64,000 bases of DNA from Calditrichales bacterium (GTDB lineage: Bacteria > Calditrichota > Calditrichia > Calditrichales > J004), in assembly GCA_965267575.1 (NCBI GenBank), contig OZ254086.1:3872001-3936000 (forward strand), given 5' to 3'. Shown piece by piece: positions 1 to 8,705 of this stretch. The position numbers and the translations under genes were made by a program. The notes beneath the pieces are model-generated. The model did no database searches and was not told the origin of the DNA. It worked only from the letters and a program-made list of their open reading frames with translations. Position 1 is the first letter of the stretch. Every line of letters begins with the position of its first letter.

Positions 1-230
1 TCCTCGGCGTCAAACCGGTCAACCCGGGCGGAAGAAGGCCCGCTGTTAAGTTTTTTTTCAAAATCGGTCAGCGTATTTTGATCCGCTTGTGCCACCACCT
101 CAACACTGCCGTCGGCACAATTTTTAACCGTTCCTTTTACACCAAGCTTACGTGCGTTCTCTGTTGTAAACCAGCGGAAACCCACACCCTGAACACGTCC
201 GGTAATACGATATTTTACAGTTTTGGTCAT
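1..230 (-). CDS. acyP: Acylphosphatase (3' end runs off the window)
   Basis: Not in ORF track. Manual translation from ATG at 230: MTKTVKYRITGRVQGVGFRWFTTENARKLGVKGTVKNCADGSVEVVAQ..., carrying the GRVQGVGFR and N-x-x-DGSVE acylphosphatase signatures. Confidence 0.93.
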   Translation of the reverse strand, partial: MTKTVKYRITGRVQGVGFRWFTTENARKLGVKGTVKNCADGSVEVVAQADQNTLTDFEKKLNSGPSSARVDRFDAE

Positions 231-245
231 AAAAGCAAATGTCTT

Positions 246-1541
246 TTAAGGATTCAATCTGTACATGGTTCGCGGAAACGGAATTGTCTCGCGGATGTGT
301 GGAACGCCGCAGATCCAGGCGACCGTGCGTTCAATGCCCAGCCCAAAGCCGGAATGCGGTACGGAACCGTACTTACGCAAATCGAGATACCAGGAAAAGG
401 CATCTTCAGGCAGATTGTGCTCTCGGATGCGGCCCAGGAGCGTATCATAGTCATCCTCGCGCTGCGAACCGCCGATAATCTCTCCGTAGCCTTCGGGAGC
501 CAGCATATCCATGGCCAGGGCAAATTGAGCGTCCTCCGGATCACGCTTCATGTAAAATGCTTTTACGGCGGCAGGATAGCGATGCACAATCACAGGACGA
601 TCATACTGTTCCGAAATGATCGTCTCATCGGTACCGCCAAAATCATCACCAAATTTGAAGTCCGGATTCTGCTTTTTAAGAATTTCCACCGCCTCTTTAT
701 AATGCAGGCGCGGAAATGGTGCCTGGATTTTTTCCAGCTTGGAGATATCGCGCTCCAGCTTCTCCAGGTCGCTGCGCCTGTTTTGCAGCACTTGTTGCAC
801 GATGTAGGCAATAAACTGTTCGGCCACTTCCATGTTTTTTTCGAGATCGCAATAAGCCATTTCCGGCTCAATCATCCAAAACTCAGTCAGATGCCGGCGT
901 GTTTTGGACTTCTCGGCGCGGAACGTTGGCCCGAAGCAGTAAATATCACCAAAGGCCATACAGGCTGCCTCGCCGTACAGCTGTCCCGATTGAGCCAGGT
1001 AGGCTTTTCGGTCAAAGTAGTCGGTTTCAAAAAGTGTGGTGGTGCCTTCAGCGGCATTTGGTGTAAAGATGGGCGTATCAACCAGGGTAAATCCGCGTTC
1101 ATCAAAAAAGGTGCGTGCGGCCCGGATGATTTCATGGCGTACGCGCAAAATGGCGTGCTGCCGTGATGACCTTATCCACAAATGACGGTTGTCCATCAAA
1201 AAATCCGTGCCATGCTCTTTAAGTGCTATCGGGTACTCATCCGCCACCTGATGAATCGTGAGCTCCTTCACCTGGATTTCAAAACCAAGCGGGGAACGTT
1301 CATCCCTGCTTACCGTACCCGTTACCTCAAAGGAACTTTCCTGCGTTAAGGCGGTGGCGTCATCGAAAACTTTTTCCGTAACGCTGCCTTTAAATACAAC
1401 GCACTGTATCGTTTCCGTGCCATCCCTTAGCAATAGAAACCGCAATTTGCCGCTGGATCTTTTGTTGTAGAGCCAGCCTCTCAGGGTTACATCCTGATCG
1501 ACATATTTTCCGACATCACGTACTTTTACAACATCAGCCAT
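246..1541 (-). CDS. asnS: Asparagine--tRNA ligase
   Basis: N-terminal OB fold (RGW...LRDG), YLAQSGQL, motif 2 [21 protein letters not shown], motif 3 [11 protein letters not shown]. Start trimmed to the ATG at 1541 (MADVVK). Confidence 0.96.
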   Translation of the reverse strand: MADVVKVRDVGKYVDQDVTLRGWLYNKRSSGKLRFLLLRDGTETIQCVVFKGSVTEKVFDDATALTQESSFEVTGTVSRDERSPLGFEIQVKELTIHQVADEYPIALKEHGTDFLMDNRHLWIRSSRQHAILRVRHEIIRAARTFFDERGFTLVDTPIFTPNAAEGTTTLFETDYFDRKAYLAQSGQLYGEAACMAFGDIYCFGPTFRAEKSKTRRHLTEFWMIEPEMAYCDLEKNMEVAEQFIAYIVQQVLQNRRSDLEKLERDISKLEKIQAPFPRLHYKEAVEILKKQNPDFKFGDDFGGTDETIISEQYDRPVIVHRYPAAVKAFYMKRDPEDAQFALAMDMLAPEGYGEIIGGSQREDDYDTLLGRIREHNLPEDAFSWYLDLRKYGSVPHSGFGLGIERTVAWICGVPHIRETIPFPRTMYRLNP

Positions 1542-1584
1542 TATAGAATCAAACCTGTTTTTATTATATGAATAACAAGCGGGT

Positions 1585-1613
1585 AATTTAGGATTAAGCT
1601 CAAAATGGTGCAA
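1585..1613 (-). promoter_or_regulatory. Putative sigma70-type promoter for asnS
   Basis: Minus strand TTGCAC-17 nt-TAAATT in the intergenic region. Confidence 0.5.
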
Positions 1614-1647
1614 GCAATAGGGAAAGATTTATCGCAGGGATTGGTAC

Positions 1648-1677
1648 AAAGGCCGCGGGCAAATTCGCGGCCAAAAA
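1648..1677 (-). terminator. Weak putative terminator hairpin after fbp
   Basis: GGCCGCG...CGCGGCC stem flanked by short A/T runs directly after the fbp stop. Confidence 0.4.
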
Positions 1678-2685
1678 TCAGGGCATTTTGCCAGCAATAA
1701 ATTTTTCAACCAGCTCAACATCTTCGCGCGACCCGATATATAATGGCGTGCGTTGGTGCAGTTCCGTCGGTTTAATCTCCATGATGCGTTTGGTCCCGTC
1801 GCTGGCTTTGCCGCCGGCCTGCTCCACAATAAACGCCATGGGATTGGCTTCATATGTGATGCGCAGCTTGCCCTGCGGCGCCAACTTGCTGGCCGGATAA
1901 AGGAAAATGCCGCCGTATAACAGGTTGCGGTGAAAATCTGAAACCATCGACCCGATATAGCGCGAATTTAACGGCCTCCCCGTCCCCGCATCGATCTGCT
2001 TTACATAATGCACATATTTTTTGATCGTACTGTCCCAATAATCGTAGTTACTCTCATTAACACTATATATTTTGCCTTTGGCCGGTATTTTCATATTGGG
2101 ATGGGACAAGACAAATTCGCCATAGCTGGGGTCGAGCGTAAAGCCGTGAACACCGTTGCCGGTAGTATAAACCATCATAGTGCTGGACCCGTACACCACG
2201 TAGCCGGCGCATATCTGTTTAGTGCCCGGCTGCAAAAGATCTTCCAGGGTACCCGGACGGCCATCCGGTGTAATGCGGCGGTAGATGGCAAATATGGTGC
2301 CCACACTGACATTGGCGTCGATATTACTGGATCCGTCCAGCGGATCGAACAAACAGACATACTTGCCAAGCGGAAATTTTTCCGGGATTTCCATAGGCTC
2401 TTTTTCTTCTTCGGAGGCCATAACACAGAGATGTCCGCCGTGATCCAGGGCCTTAAACATCGTTTCGTGCGCAAACACATCGAGCTTCTTTACCCTTTCG
2501 CCCTGCACATTGGTCTTGCCTGCTTCGCCCAAAATCCCTAAAAGACCGGCTTTATTTGTATGGTAAGATATCAGCTTTGCGGCAAAGGCAATATCGTTCA
2601 TCAGGTTGGTAAATTCGCCGGTAGCGTGCGGATGCTTGCGTTGTTCTTCAATAATATGTCTTGTAAGCGTTACAATCTTTTCCAT
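1678..2685 (-). CDS. fbp: Fructose-1,6-bisphosphatase class I
   Basis: NVQGE, ASEE, FDPLDGSSNID, RYIGSMV and GKLRITYEANP motifs; strong SD AAGGAGG. Confidence 0.97.
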   Translation of the reverse strand: MEKIVTLTRHIIEEQRKHPHATGEFTNLMNDIAFAAKLISYHTNKAGLLGILGEAGKTNVQGERVKKLDVFAHETMFKALDHGGHLCVMASEEEKEPMEIPEKFPLGKYVCLFDPLDGSSNIDANVSVGTIFAIYRRITPDGRPGTLEDLLQPGTKQICAGYVVYGSSTMMVYTTGNGVHGFTLDPSYGEFVLSHPNMKIPAKGKIYSVNESNYDYWDSTIKKYVHYVKQIDAGTGRPLNSRYIGSMVSDFHRNLLYGGIFLYPASKLAPQGKLRITYEANPMAFIVEQAGGKASDGTKRIMEIKPTELHQRTPLYIGSREDVELVEKFIAGKMP

Positions 2686-2701
2686 TTTTCCTCCTTGAAA
2701 C

Positions 2702-3706
2702 CTAGCCCCAGTCTTCGATTTTGGATGCGCGGGTCATAAGGTCCGTAAGTGCGTCGTGCGGGGATTTATCTTTAAAAAGGGTGAGATATATTTGTTCTGT
2801 AATGGGCATCTCAACGCCATGCTCGCGGGCAAGCTCCCAGGCGGATTCTGTCGTTTTTACGCCTTCCGCCACCATCACCATTTCATCGAGAATATCCTGC
2901 AGCGTGCGTCCTTTTCCGATTTGTTCGCCGACGTGGCGGTTACGGGAGTGGCGGCTCATACAGGTTACGATCAGGTCACCCATTCCGCTAAGACCGGCAA
3001 ACGTGTCGCTGTGGGCGCCCATTTCTACGCCCAGGCGATTGATCTCTACCAATCCGCGCGTGATCAGGGCGGCCTTGGTATTGTCGCCATAGCCCGCGCC
3101 GTCGCATATGCCGGCAGCCAGCGCGATAATGTTTTTTAGCGCGCCGCCAAGCTCCACACCAATAACGTCGGTGTTAGCATAAACACGGAAATAGCTGTTC
3201 ATGAAAGCTTGCTGCACCACGCCTGCCGACTTGAGGCTCCTGGAAGCTGAGACAACGACCGTGGGTATTTTACGGCTAACCTCTTCGGCGTGGCTGGGTC
3301 CGGACAGTGCCACGATCAGCTCGGGATCGATTTTGCCCTCTTGCTCGATGATCTGCGACACGCGCATATGGGTCTTATTTTCGATGCCTTTTGAAACAGT
3401 AACCCAAACGGCGCCGGATTTGTCCTGAAATTCCGTCACCTGCGGAATGACTTTGCGTGTAACCTGGGTAGGAACGGCGCTCACGATCAACTCGGCACCG
3501 GGAACGACGCGGGACATGTCCGTTGAAAACAAAAGATCTTCGGGGATATCGACGCCGGGCAGGTACTCTTCGTTGCGGCGGTTTTTCTGAACATCTTCAA
3601 TGACGCTTTCGTCGCGTGTCCAGCATTTTACCGTGTGTCCGTTTTCATGCAGTACCATAGCCAGCGCCGTACCCCAGCTTCCGCTTCCAATCAATGCTAT
3701 ATTCAT
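2702..3706 (-). CDS. gpsA: NAD(P)H-dependent glycerol-3-phosphate dehydrogenase
   Basis: GSGSWGTALA, SKGIE, LSGPSHA, GGALKNIIA, GLSGMGDL and SRN motifs. Confidence 0.97.
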   Translation of the reverse strand: MNIALIGSGSWGTALAMVLHENGHTVKCWTRDESVIEDVQKNRRNEEYLPGVDIPEDLLFSTDMSRVVPGAELIVSAVPTQVTRKVIPQVTEFQDKSGAVWVTVSKGIENKTHMRVSQIIEQEGKIDPELIVALSGPSHAEEVSRKIPTVVVSASRSLKSAGVVQQAFMNSYFRVYANTDVIGVELGGALKNIIALAAGICDGAGYGDNTKAALITRGLVEINRLGVEMGAHSDTFAGLSGMGDLIVTCMSRHSRNRHVGEQIGKGRTLQDILDEMVMVAEGVKTTESAWELAREHGVEMPITEQIYLTLFKDKSPHDALTDLMTRASKIEDWG

Positions 3707-4353
3707 GCTTTATCTTCCTTGCTCCCTGAGAAGCTTATTTTGTTTTCGGTCCCGCTGACCAGCCGTTTTATATTCTCGCGGTGGGCAATCCAGATCAATA
3801 AAACAATCAAACCGCTAACGATAAGCAGCGCGTTGGGAATGAAGTCACCCATAACAAACCGTTGCAGCAACAGAACACCAATAAAAACAAGCGCCGCCAG
3901 AAGAGAGCCCAGCGACACGTAGCGGCTAATCCAGACAATACCGATAAATGTTAATAGTGCGATTGAGAGCGCCATAGGGGCCAGACCCAGAAATACGCCT
4001 GCGGCCGTTCCAACGCCTTTGCCGCCTTTAAAGCTGGCGAAAACCGTCCAGATATGGCCGGCAATTGCGGCGATCGCGGCAAGTATGCGGAAATAAACAA
4101 GCTGATCGGGCGGTGCGTTTGTTAAAATCGGAGCCAGCCAGTAAACGGGAACAAAGCCCTTGAACATATCAATGAGCAGAACGCTCAGGCCGGCCTTCCA
4201 GCCCAAAACCCGCAAAACATTCGTAGCGCCCATATTGCCGCTACCATGTTCTCTGATATCAATTCCTTTGAGCAGGCGACCGGCAATGATGGCTGTGGGG
4301 AACGAACCGAATAAATAGGCGACGATAGCCACGATAAGCGCTTCAGTTATCAT
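3703..4353 (-). CDS. plsY: Glycerol-3-phosphate acyltransferase PlsY
   Basis: DIREHGSGNMGATN, GH, FKGGKGV and HRENIKRL motifs; multiple TM segments. Confidence 0.96.
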   Translation of the reverse strand: MITEALIVAIVAYLFGSFPTAIIAGRLLKGIDIREHGSGNMGATNVLRVLGWKAGLSVLLIDMFKGFVPVYWLAPILTNAPPDQLVYFRILAAIAAIAGHIWTVFASFKGGKGVGTAAGVFLGLAPMALSIALLTFIGIVWISRYVSLGSLLAALVFIGVLLLQRFVMGDFIPNALLIVSGLIVLLIWIAHRENIKRLVSGTENKISFSGSKEDKA

Positions 4354-4452
4354 TTAGTTTTTCCACGGTTAATCAAAAAATCGGTAAGATCGTACAGCTC
4401 TTGAATATACAAAAGAAAACAATTCGGGCAAGACGCTCACTTTAGAGTGTCG

Positions 4453-5457
4453 CTAACTCCCCTTTTCTACCGAACCCATCTCAAATGCCTTGTGCCCCAG
4501 CTTTTCAGCGGCAGAAAGAATTTCCCCGGAATCCTTTTGCGGAGCCGCGATAACCAGCCCAACGCCAAGATTAAACGTGCGCCGCATATCTTCTTCGTCC
4601 ACCTGTCCTTTACGCTGGATAAGATTAAACACCGCAGGGCGTTCCCAGGACTTCCAATTTATGCTCAACCTGAGGCCATCCGGCAGTATGCGCTTGCTGT
4701 TACCTTCTATGCCGCCGCCGGTAATATGGGCAAAACCTTTTGCGCCCAAGCCCATGGCCCGTTCAATCACATCAAGGTAAGAAACATGAACACGCAGCAG
4801 CTCATCAGCAAGTGAATGGCCCAGTTCATTTACGTGCTGGTCGATCTTGAAATTTTCCAGCAAAACTTTGCGCGCCAGGGAGTATCCGTTTGTATGCAGA
4901 CCGTTGGAAGCCACACCGATAAGAACGTCCCCGGCCCTTATGCCCGAACCATCAACGATTTTTGCTTTATCAACCACGCCAATAATCGTACCGCATAAAT
5001 CGTAATCCTTATTATGGTAAATGCCCGGCATCTCCGCTGTCTCTCCGCCTATCAGGGCGCAGCCGTTGTTTCTGCAGCCCCGCGCAAAGCCGCTGATTAT
5101 GGCGCTGAATACTTTCTCATCAAGCGAGGCAGTAGCAAAGTAGTCCAGAAAAAACAGGGGTCGGGCACCCATAACAGCGATGTCATTCACGCAATGATTG
5201 ACCAGGTCTTCACCCACCGTATCATGCCTGTTTGCCAGAACCGCTACGCGCAGCTTTGTTCCAACGCCATCTGTAGATGAAACCAGCACCGGCCTTTTCA
5301 ATTCCGCAGTATCCAGCTCAAACAGTCCGCCAAAGCCGCCCACATTTCCCAAAACGGAAGCATTATGTGTGGAACGGATCATCTCCTTTACATCGGAGAT
5401 AGCCCTTTCCCCTTTGGCGATGTCCACACCGGCATCTTTATAAGATGTCTTTTTCAA
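4453..5457 (-). CDS. purM: Phosphoribosylformylglycinamidine cyclo-ligase (AIR synthetase)
   Basis: YKDAGVD, GGFGG, DGVGTK, GGETAEMP, HITGGG and FNLG motifs; TTG start with a GGAG SD. Confidence 0.97.
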   Translation of the reverse strand: MKKTSYKDAGVDIAKGERAISDVKEMIRSTHNASVLGNVGGFGGLFELDTAELKRPVLVSSTDGVGTKLRVAVLANRHDTVGEDLVNHCVNDIAVMGARPLFFLDYFATASLDEKVFSAIISGFARGCRNNGCALIGGETAEMPGIYHNKDYDLCGTIIGVVDKAKIVDGSGIRAGDVLIGVASNGLHTNGYSLARKVLLENFKIDQHVNELGHSLADELLRVHVSYLDVIERAMGLGAKGFAHITGGGIEGNSKRILPDGLRLSINWKSWERPAVFNLIQRKGQVDEEDMRRTFNLGVGLVIAAPQKDSGEILSAAEKLGHKAFEMGSVEKGS

Positions 5458-5510
5458 AACAAAACTCCATATTTATTTGAAGCGGCAAATTTAGCCAATA
5501 CGGTACAACT

Positions 5511-5540
5511 AAAAAAGGAGCCCTTTTAAGGCTCCTTTTA
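5511..5540 (-). terminator. Rho-independent terminator after the acyl-CoA synthetase gene
   Basis: AAAAGGAGCC-loop-GGCTCCTTTT inverted repeat followed by a U-tract on the minus strand. Confidence 0.75.
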
Positions 5541-5542
5541 TT

Positions 5543-7345
5543 TTAGTTGTTGTTTTTATACATCGCTTCAATTTGCTGCTTGTATTCATCCTCCACGACA
5601 CGCCGCTTGACCTTCAGCGATGGTGTCAATTCACCGGTTTCGATTGTAAACGCTCTTGGCGCAAGGAAGAATTTTTTGATCGTTTCGTAGCTGGCCAATC
5701 CGGCAGAAAGGCGATCTATTTCGGATTGTATCAGCTCTTCAACACCGTCCAGCTTTACAAGCTCCTCAAAACTGTTCCAGCTCAGGCCCTTACCCTCGGC
5801 CCATTTGGCAAGCGCATCTTCGCTCGCGACGATAACCGCGCTGCAAAACTTGCGGCGATCACCAATGATCATAACCTGGTCGATGTATTTACTGGTAATC
5901 AGCGTGTTTTCAATCGGCTGCGGCGCGATATTTTTGCCGCCTGCGGTAACAATGATATTCTTTTTCCTGTCCGTGATTTTAAGGAAACCCTGGTCATCGA
6001 TAAACCCGATATCGCCTGTATGGAACCAGCCGTCGTCATCGATAACTTCACGCGTTTCCGCTTCTTTTTTGAAATAGCCGACCATCACGTGCGGACCGCG
6101 TGTCAGTATCTCGCCATCTTCAGCGATGTTTACCTCCACGCCGGGCACCACGGGACCAACCGAGCCAAACTTGAATTTATCCAAACGGTTAACAGAGATA
6201 ACTGGTGACGTTTCCGTAAGACCATAACCTTCCAGAATGAGCAGTCCGGCCGCTCCGAAGAACTCTCCGATCTCCTGGGAAAGCGGCGCGCCGCCGCTTA
6301 CGAAAAAGCGCAATCTGCCGCCGACCCGTTCCGCCAGTTTAGCAAACACAAGCTTGTATGCCAGCCCGCGTTTCCACTCCAGCATGCCGGACGGCTTGGT
6401 GCCTTCCGATATATGCTTTACATATTTCTGGCCCACGCCAACGGCCCAGTGAAAAATCTTTTGTTTTACGGCGGACCCTTTCTCCACATTTTCAAGCACG
6501 CGCGCGTACATCTTTTCGTACAGCCTCGGAACGGAAGTCATTACCGTAGGACGGATTTCTCCCATGTTTTCGGCAACGGTATCGATGCTCTCGGCATAGG
6601 CGATGGTTGTTGAGGTGTAGTATGCGAGAAAGTGCCCGGCCATGCGCTCAAAAACGTGGCTAAGCGGGAGGAAGCTTAAGAAGACATCTTCCGGGGTTAC
6701 TTCCAGGCATTGCAGGCCGGCCTCAATATTGGAAAGCAGGTTTTTGTGCGTAAGGATGGCCCCTTTGGGCTCACCCGTTGTTCCGGAAGTATAAATAATA
6801 GTCGCCCAATCATCTTCTTTTACCTTCTCCGCTTCTTTATCAACGTATTGCGGGTGTTTTTGCAAATATGTTTTGCCCTGCTCTACAAGATTATCATAAG
6901 ACTTCCAGGGCTCTTTGAGGTCGCTCACGCTCTCATCGATAGCAAAAAAATGTTTTGTGGATTTCAGGTTTGAACGTACCGAATCAACTTTTTCGATCTG
7001 TACTTCGTCTTCGGCAAAGACAACCTTCGATTCCGAATCATTAAGGATATATTGAACCTGCTCTTTCAGCAAGGAGGGATAGATCGGCACAAGAACAGCC
7101 CCCAGCGTTTGTGCAGCAAAATCCGTAAGCGCCCATTCCACGCGGTTTCCGGAGATAATGGCTACTTTGTCGCCCTTTTTTATGCCCAGGTCGGCCATTC
7201 CACCGGCCAGATTTGTGGCCCGTTCGATTGCTTCCTTGTAGGTGACACGCAACCATTGACCGTCTTTTTTGAACATATAGGCTGTCTTAGACGGATTCTC
7301 GCGCAGTTTTGCGAGAAACATCGTGCCCAGGCTCGAGTAACGCAT
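5543..7345 (-). CDS. Long-chain-fatty-acid--CoA ligase (AMP-dependent synthetase)
   Basis: YTSGTTGEPKG, EGYGLTE, WFHTGDIG, GKNIAPQPIE and LTPSLKVKR motifs. Confidence 0.92.
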   Translation of the reverse strand: MRYSSLGTMFLAKLRENPSKTAYMFKKDGQWLRVTYKEAIERATNLAGGMADLGIKKGDKVAIISGNRVEWALTDFAAQTLGAVLVPIYPSLLKEQVQYILNDSESKVVFAEDEVQIEKVDSVRSNLKSTKHFFAIDESVSDLKEPWKSYDNLVEQGKTYLQKHPQYVDKEAEKVKEDDWATIIYTSGTTGEPKGAILTHKNLLSNIEAGLQCLEVTPEDVFLSFLPLSHVFERMAGHFLAYYTSTTIAYAESIDTVAENMGEIRPTVMTSVPRLYEKMYARVLENVEKGSAVKQKIFHWAVGVGQKYVKHISEGTKPSGMLEWKRGLAYKLVFAKLAERVGGRLRFFVSGGAPLSQEIGEFFGAAGLLILEGYGLTETSPVISVNRLDKFKFGSVGPVVPGVEVNIAEDGEILTRGPHVMVGYFKKEAETREVIDDDGWFHTGDIGFIDDQGFLKITDRKKNIIVTAGGKNIAPQPIENTLITSKYIDQVMIIGDRRKFCSAVIVASEDALAKWAEGKGLSWNSFEELVKLDGVEELIQSEIDRLSAGLASYETIKKFFLAPRAFTIETGELTPSLKVKRRVVEDEYKQQIEAMYKNNN

Positions 7346-7476
7346 ACATCCTCCTTATCTGAGTGCATTCGGAATATGGTTTTTTGGGATCGGAAAATGA
7401 GCTAGGCCTTTAAAGAATTAAAGGACAGCATAAGTTAATTATTTTCAAATGGTTTGCAAACAAAAAGGAAGCAGAA

Positions 7477-8703
7477 TCAGTCAGGATTGTCCGATTGCCG
7501 GCGCCGGATTTTTTCCTGCAGACGCGCAGCCCGTTTCTCAAAGCGTGTCTGCCATTCTTCACCATAATCGGCGGCCCGGCCCAGCTCCCGGCTTAACTCC
7601 AGCATTTCCAGGGCGCGGCGACTGGCAGAAATAGCCGCCTGCAGATTTTTTTGAACATGCTCAAAATATTTGGCCTGTTCCTCTAAAACAGCAAGCCCGT
7701 ATTGACGATGCGTCGAAAGCATCTGCCAGATATTATTGGCTGTTTCCCACTCGCCGGCACGCTTATGAGCCAGGCTCTTCCAAAAATGGTAGTCCGCAGA
7801 AAAAACCTGTCCGTTGTCCGAGTGCGCCTCAAGATGAGCAAATATGCTTGTATCATTAAGGTCTGTGCCTAGACGGGCCAATCGTGTAACCGCGGAGCTG
7901 TCCAATGGCAGGCGAAATGGCTTCGTTTTGAGAAAATGAAGGCTGTCCATGATCATCGCCAGGGAGACAATATCACGATAATTATGCTCAATCAGCCGGA
8001 CGACATCATGAACGATACCGTAGCGGATAAAATCAAAATAGGCCTGCGGGATCATAAAACCGGGAATATCACCATCGCGCACCACACCGAGAAGCAGCTG
8101 CTCCATGGATTGCAGACTGCAGGAGGAAACAGAATCTTTGAAAAGGCGCCGGCAAAGATGAATCAAATCTATATGGGTGAGCTTCTTTAAATCGTTATCA
8201 ACTCGATTTAAAATGAAGCGGTTATTGAGCAGCGGCAGGTCATAGCTTTTACCATTATAGGAAACGATATAGTCAAATTTTTGCAGCCACTCTTTCAGGT
8301 CGTTAAACAGGCTGGATTCCCGTCCGAAATCCGGCAGAAAAAACTGGCGGCTGACAATGGCATTATCTTCCCACCAGGCAAATCCAATCAGAAAGGCGAA
8401 TGTTCCCGCGCCACCAGCCAGACCGGTTGTCTCCAGATCGAAAAACACACATTGCTGCCGCGGCACGGGTGCTTCAAGCTCCATGCGGCTTAACAGCGAC
8501 AGATCTACGCTTTCATGACAGAAAGCCGAGCCGTCAATGCGCCGGTCAATCCTTAGAACCGGCGCTTCGTCGTAGACAATCTGACCCTTAAAATGCTCCA
8601 CCAAGGCTTTTACATGCGCCGGGACGGCCTGCTGCTTTTCCGTTTCACCGTTCCCGCCCTGCGCGGCTTTTTTGTAAAATTCCAGCTTTTGAGATAAGTC
8701 CAT
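7477..8703 (-). CDS. MrfB/YprB-like DEDDh exonuclease (RNase H-like) with C-terminal helical/TPR-like region
   Basis: FFDLETTGL, YNGKSYD, HIDL and HNYRD motifs; ATG at 8703 lies 2 nt after the helicase stop. Confidence 0.85.
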   Translation of the reverse strand: MDLSQKLEFYKKAAQGGNGETEKQQAVPAHVKALVEHFKGQIVYDEAPVLRIDRRIDGSAFCHESVDLSLLSRMELEAPVPRQQCVFFDLETTGLAGGAGTFAFLIGFAWWEDNAIVSRQFFLPDFGRESSLFNDLKEWLQKFDYIVSYNGKSYDLPLLNNRFILNRVDNDLKKLTHIDLIHLCRRLFKDSVSSCSLQSMEQLLLGVVRDGDIPGFMIPQAYFDFIRYGIVHDVVRLIEHNYRDIVSLAMIMDSLHFLKTKPFRLPLDSSAVTRLARLGTDLNDTSIFAHLEAHSDNGQVFSADYHFWKSLAHKRAGEWETANNIWQMLSTHRQYGLAVLEEQAKYFEHVQKNLQAAISASRRALEMLELSRELGRAADYGEEWQTRFEKRAARLQEKIRRRQSDNPD

Positions 8704-8705
8704 AA

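Noticed and set aside
78..1166. 362-aa plus-strand ORF
   Set aside because: Antisense shadow of asnS/acyP with no recognisable motifs.
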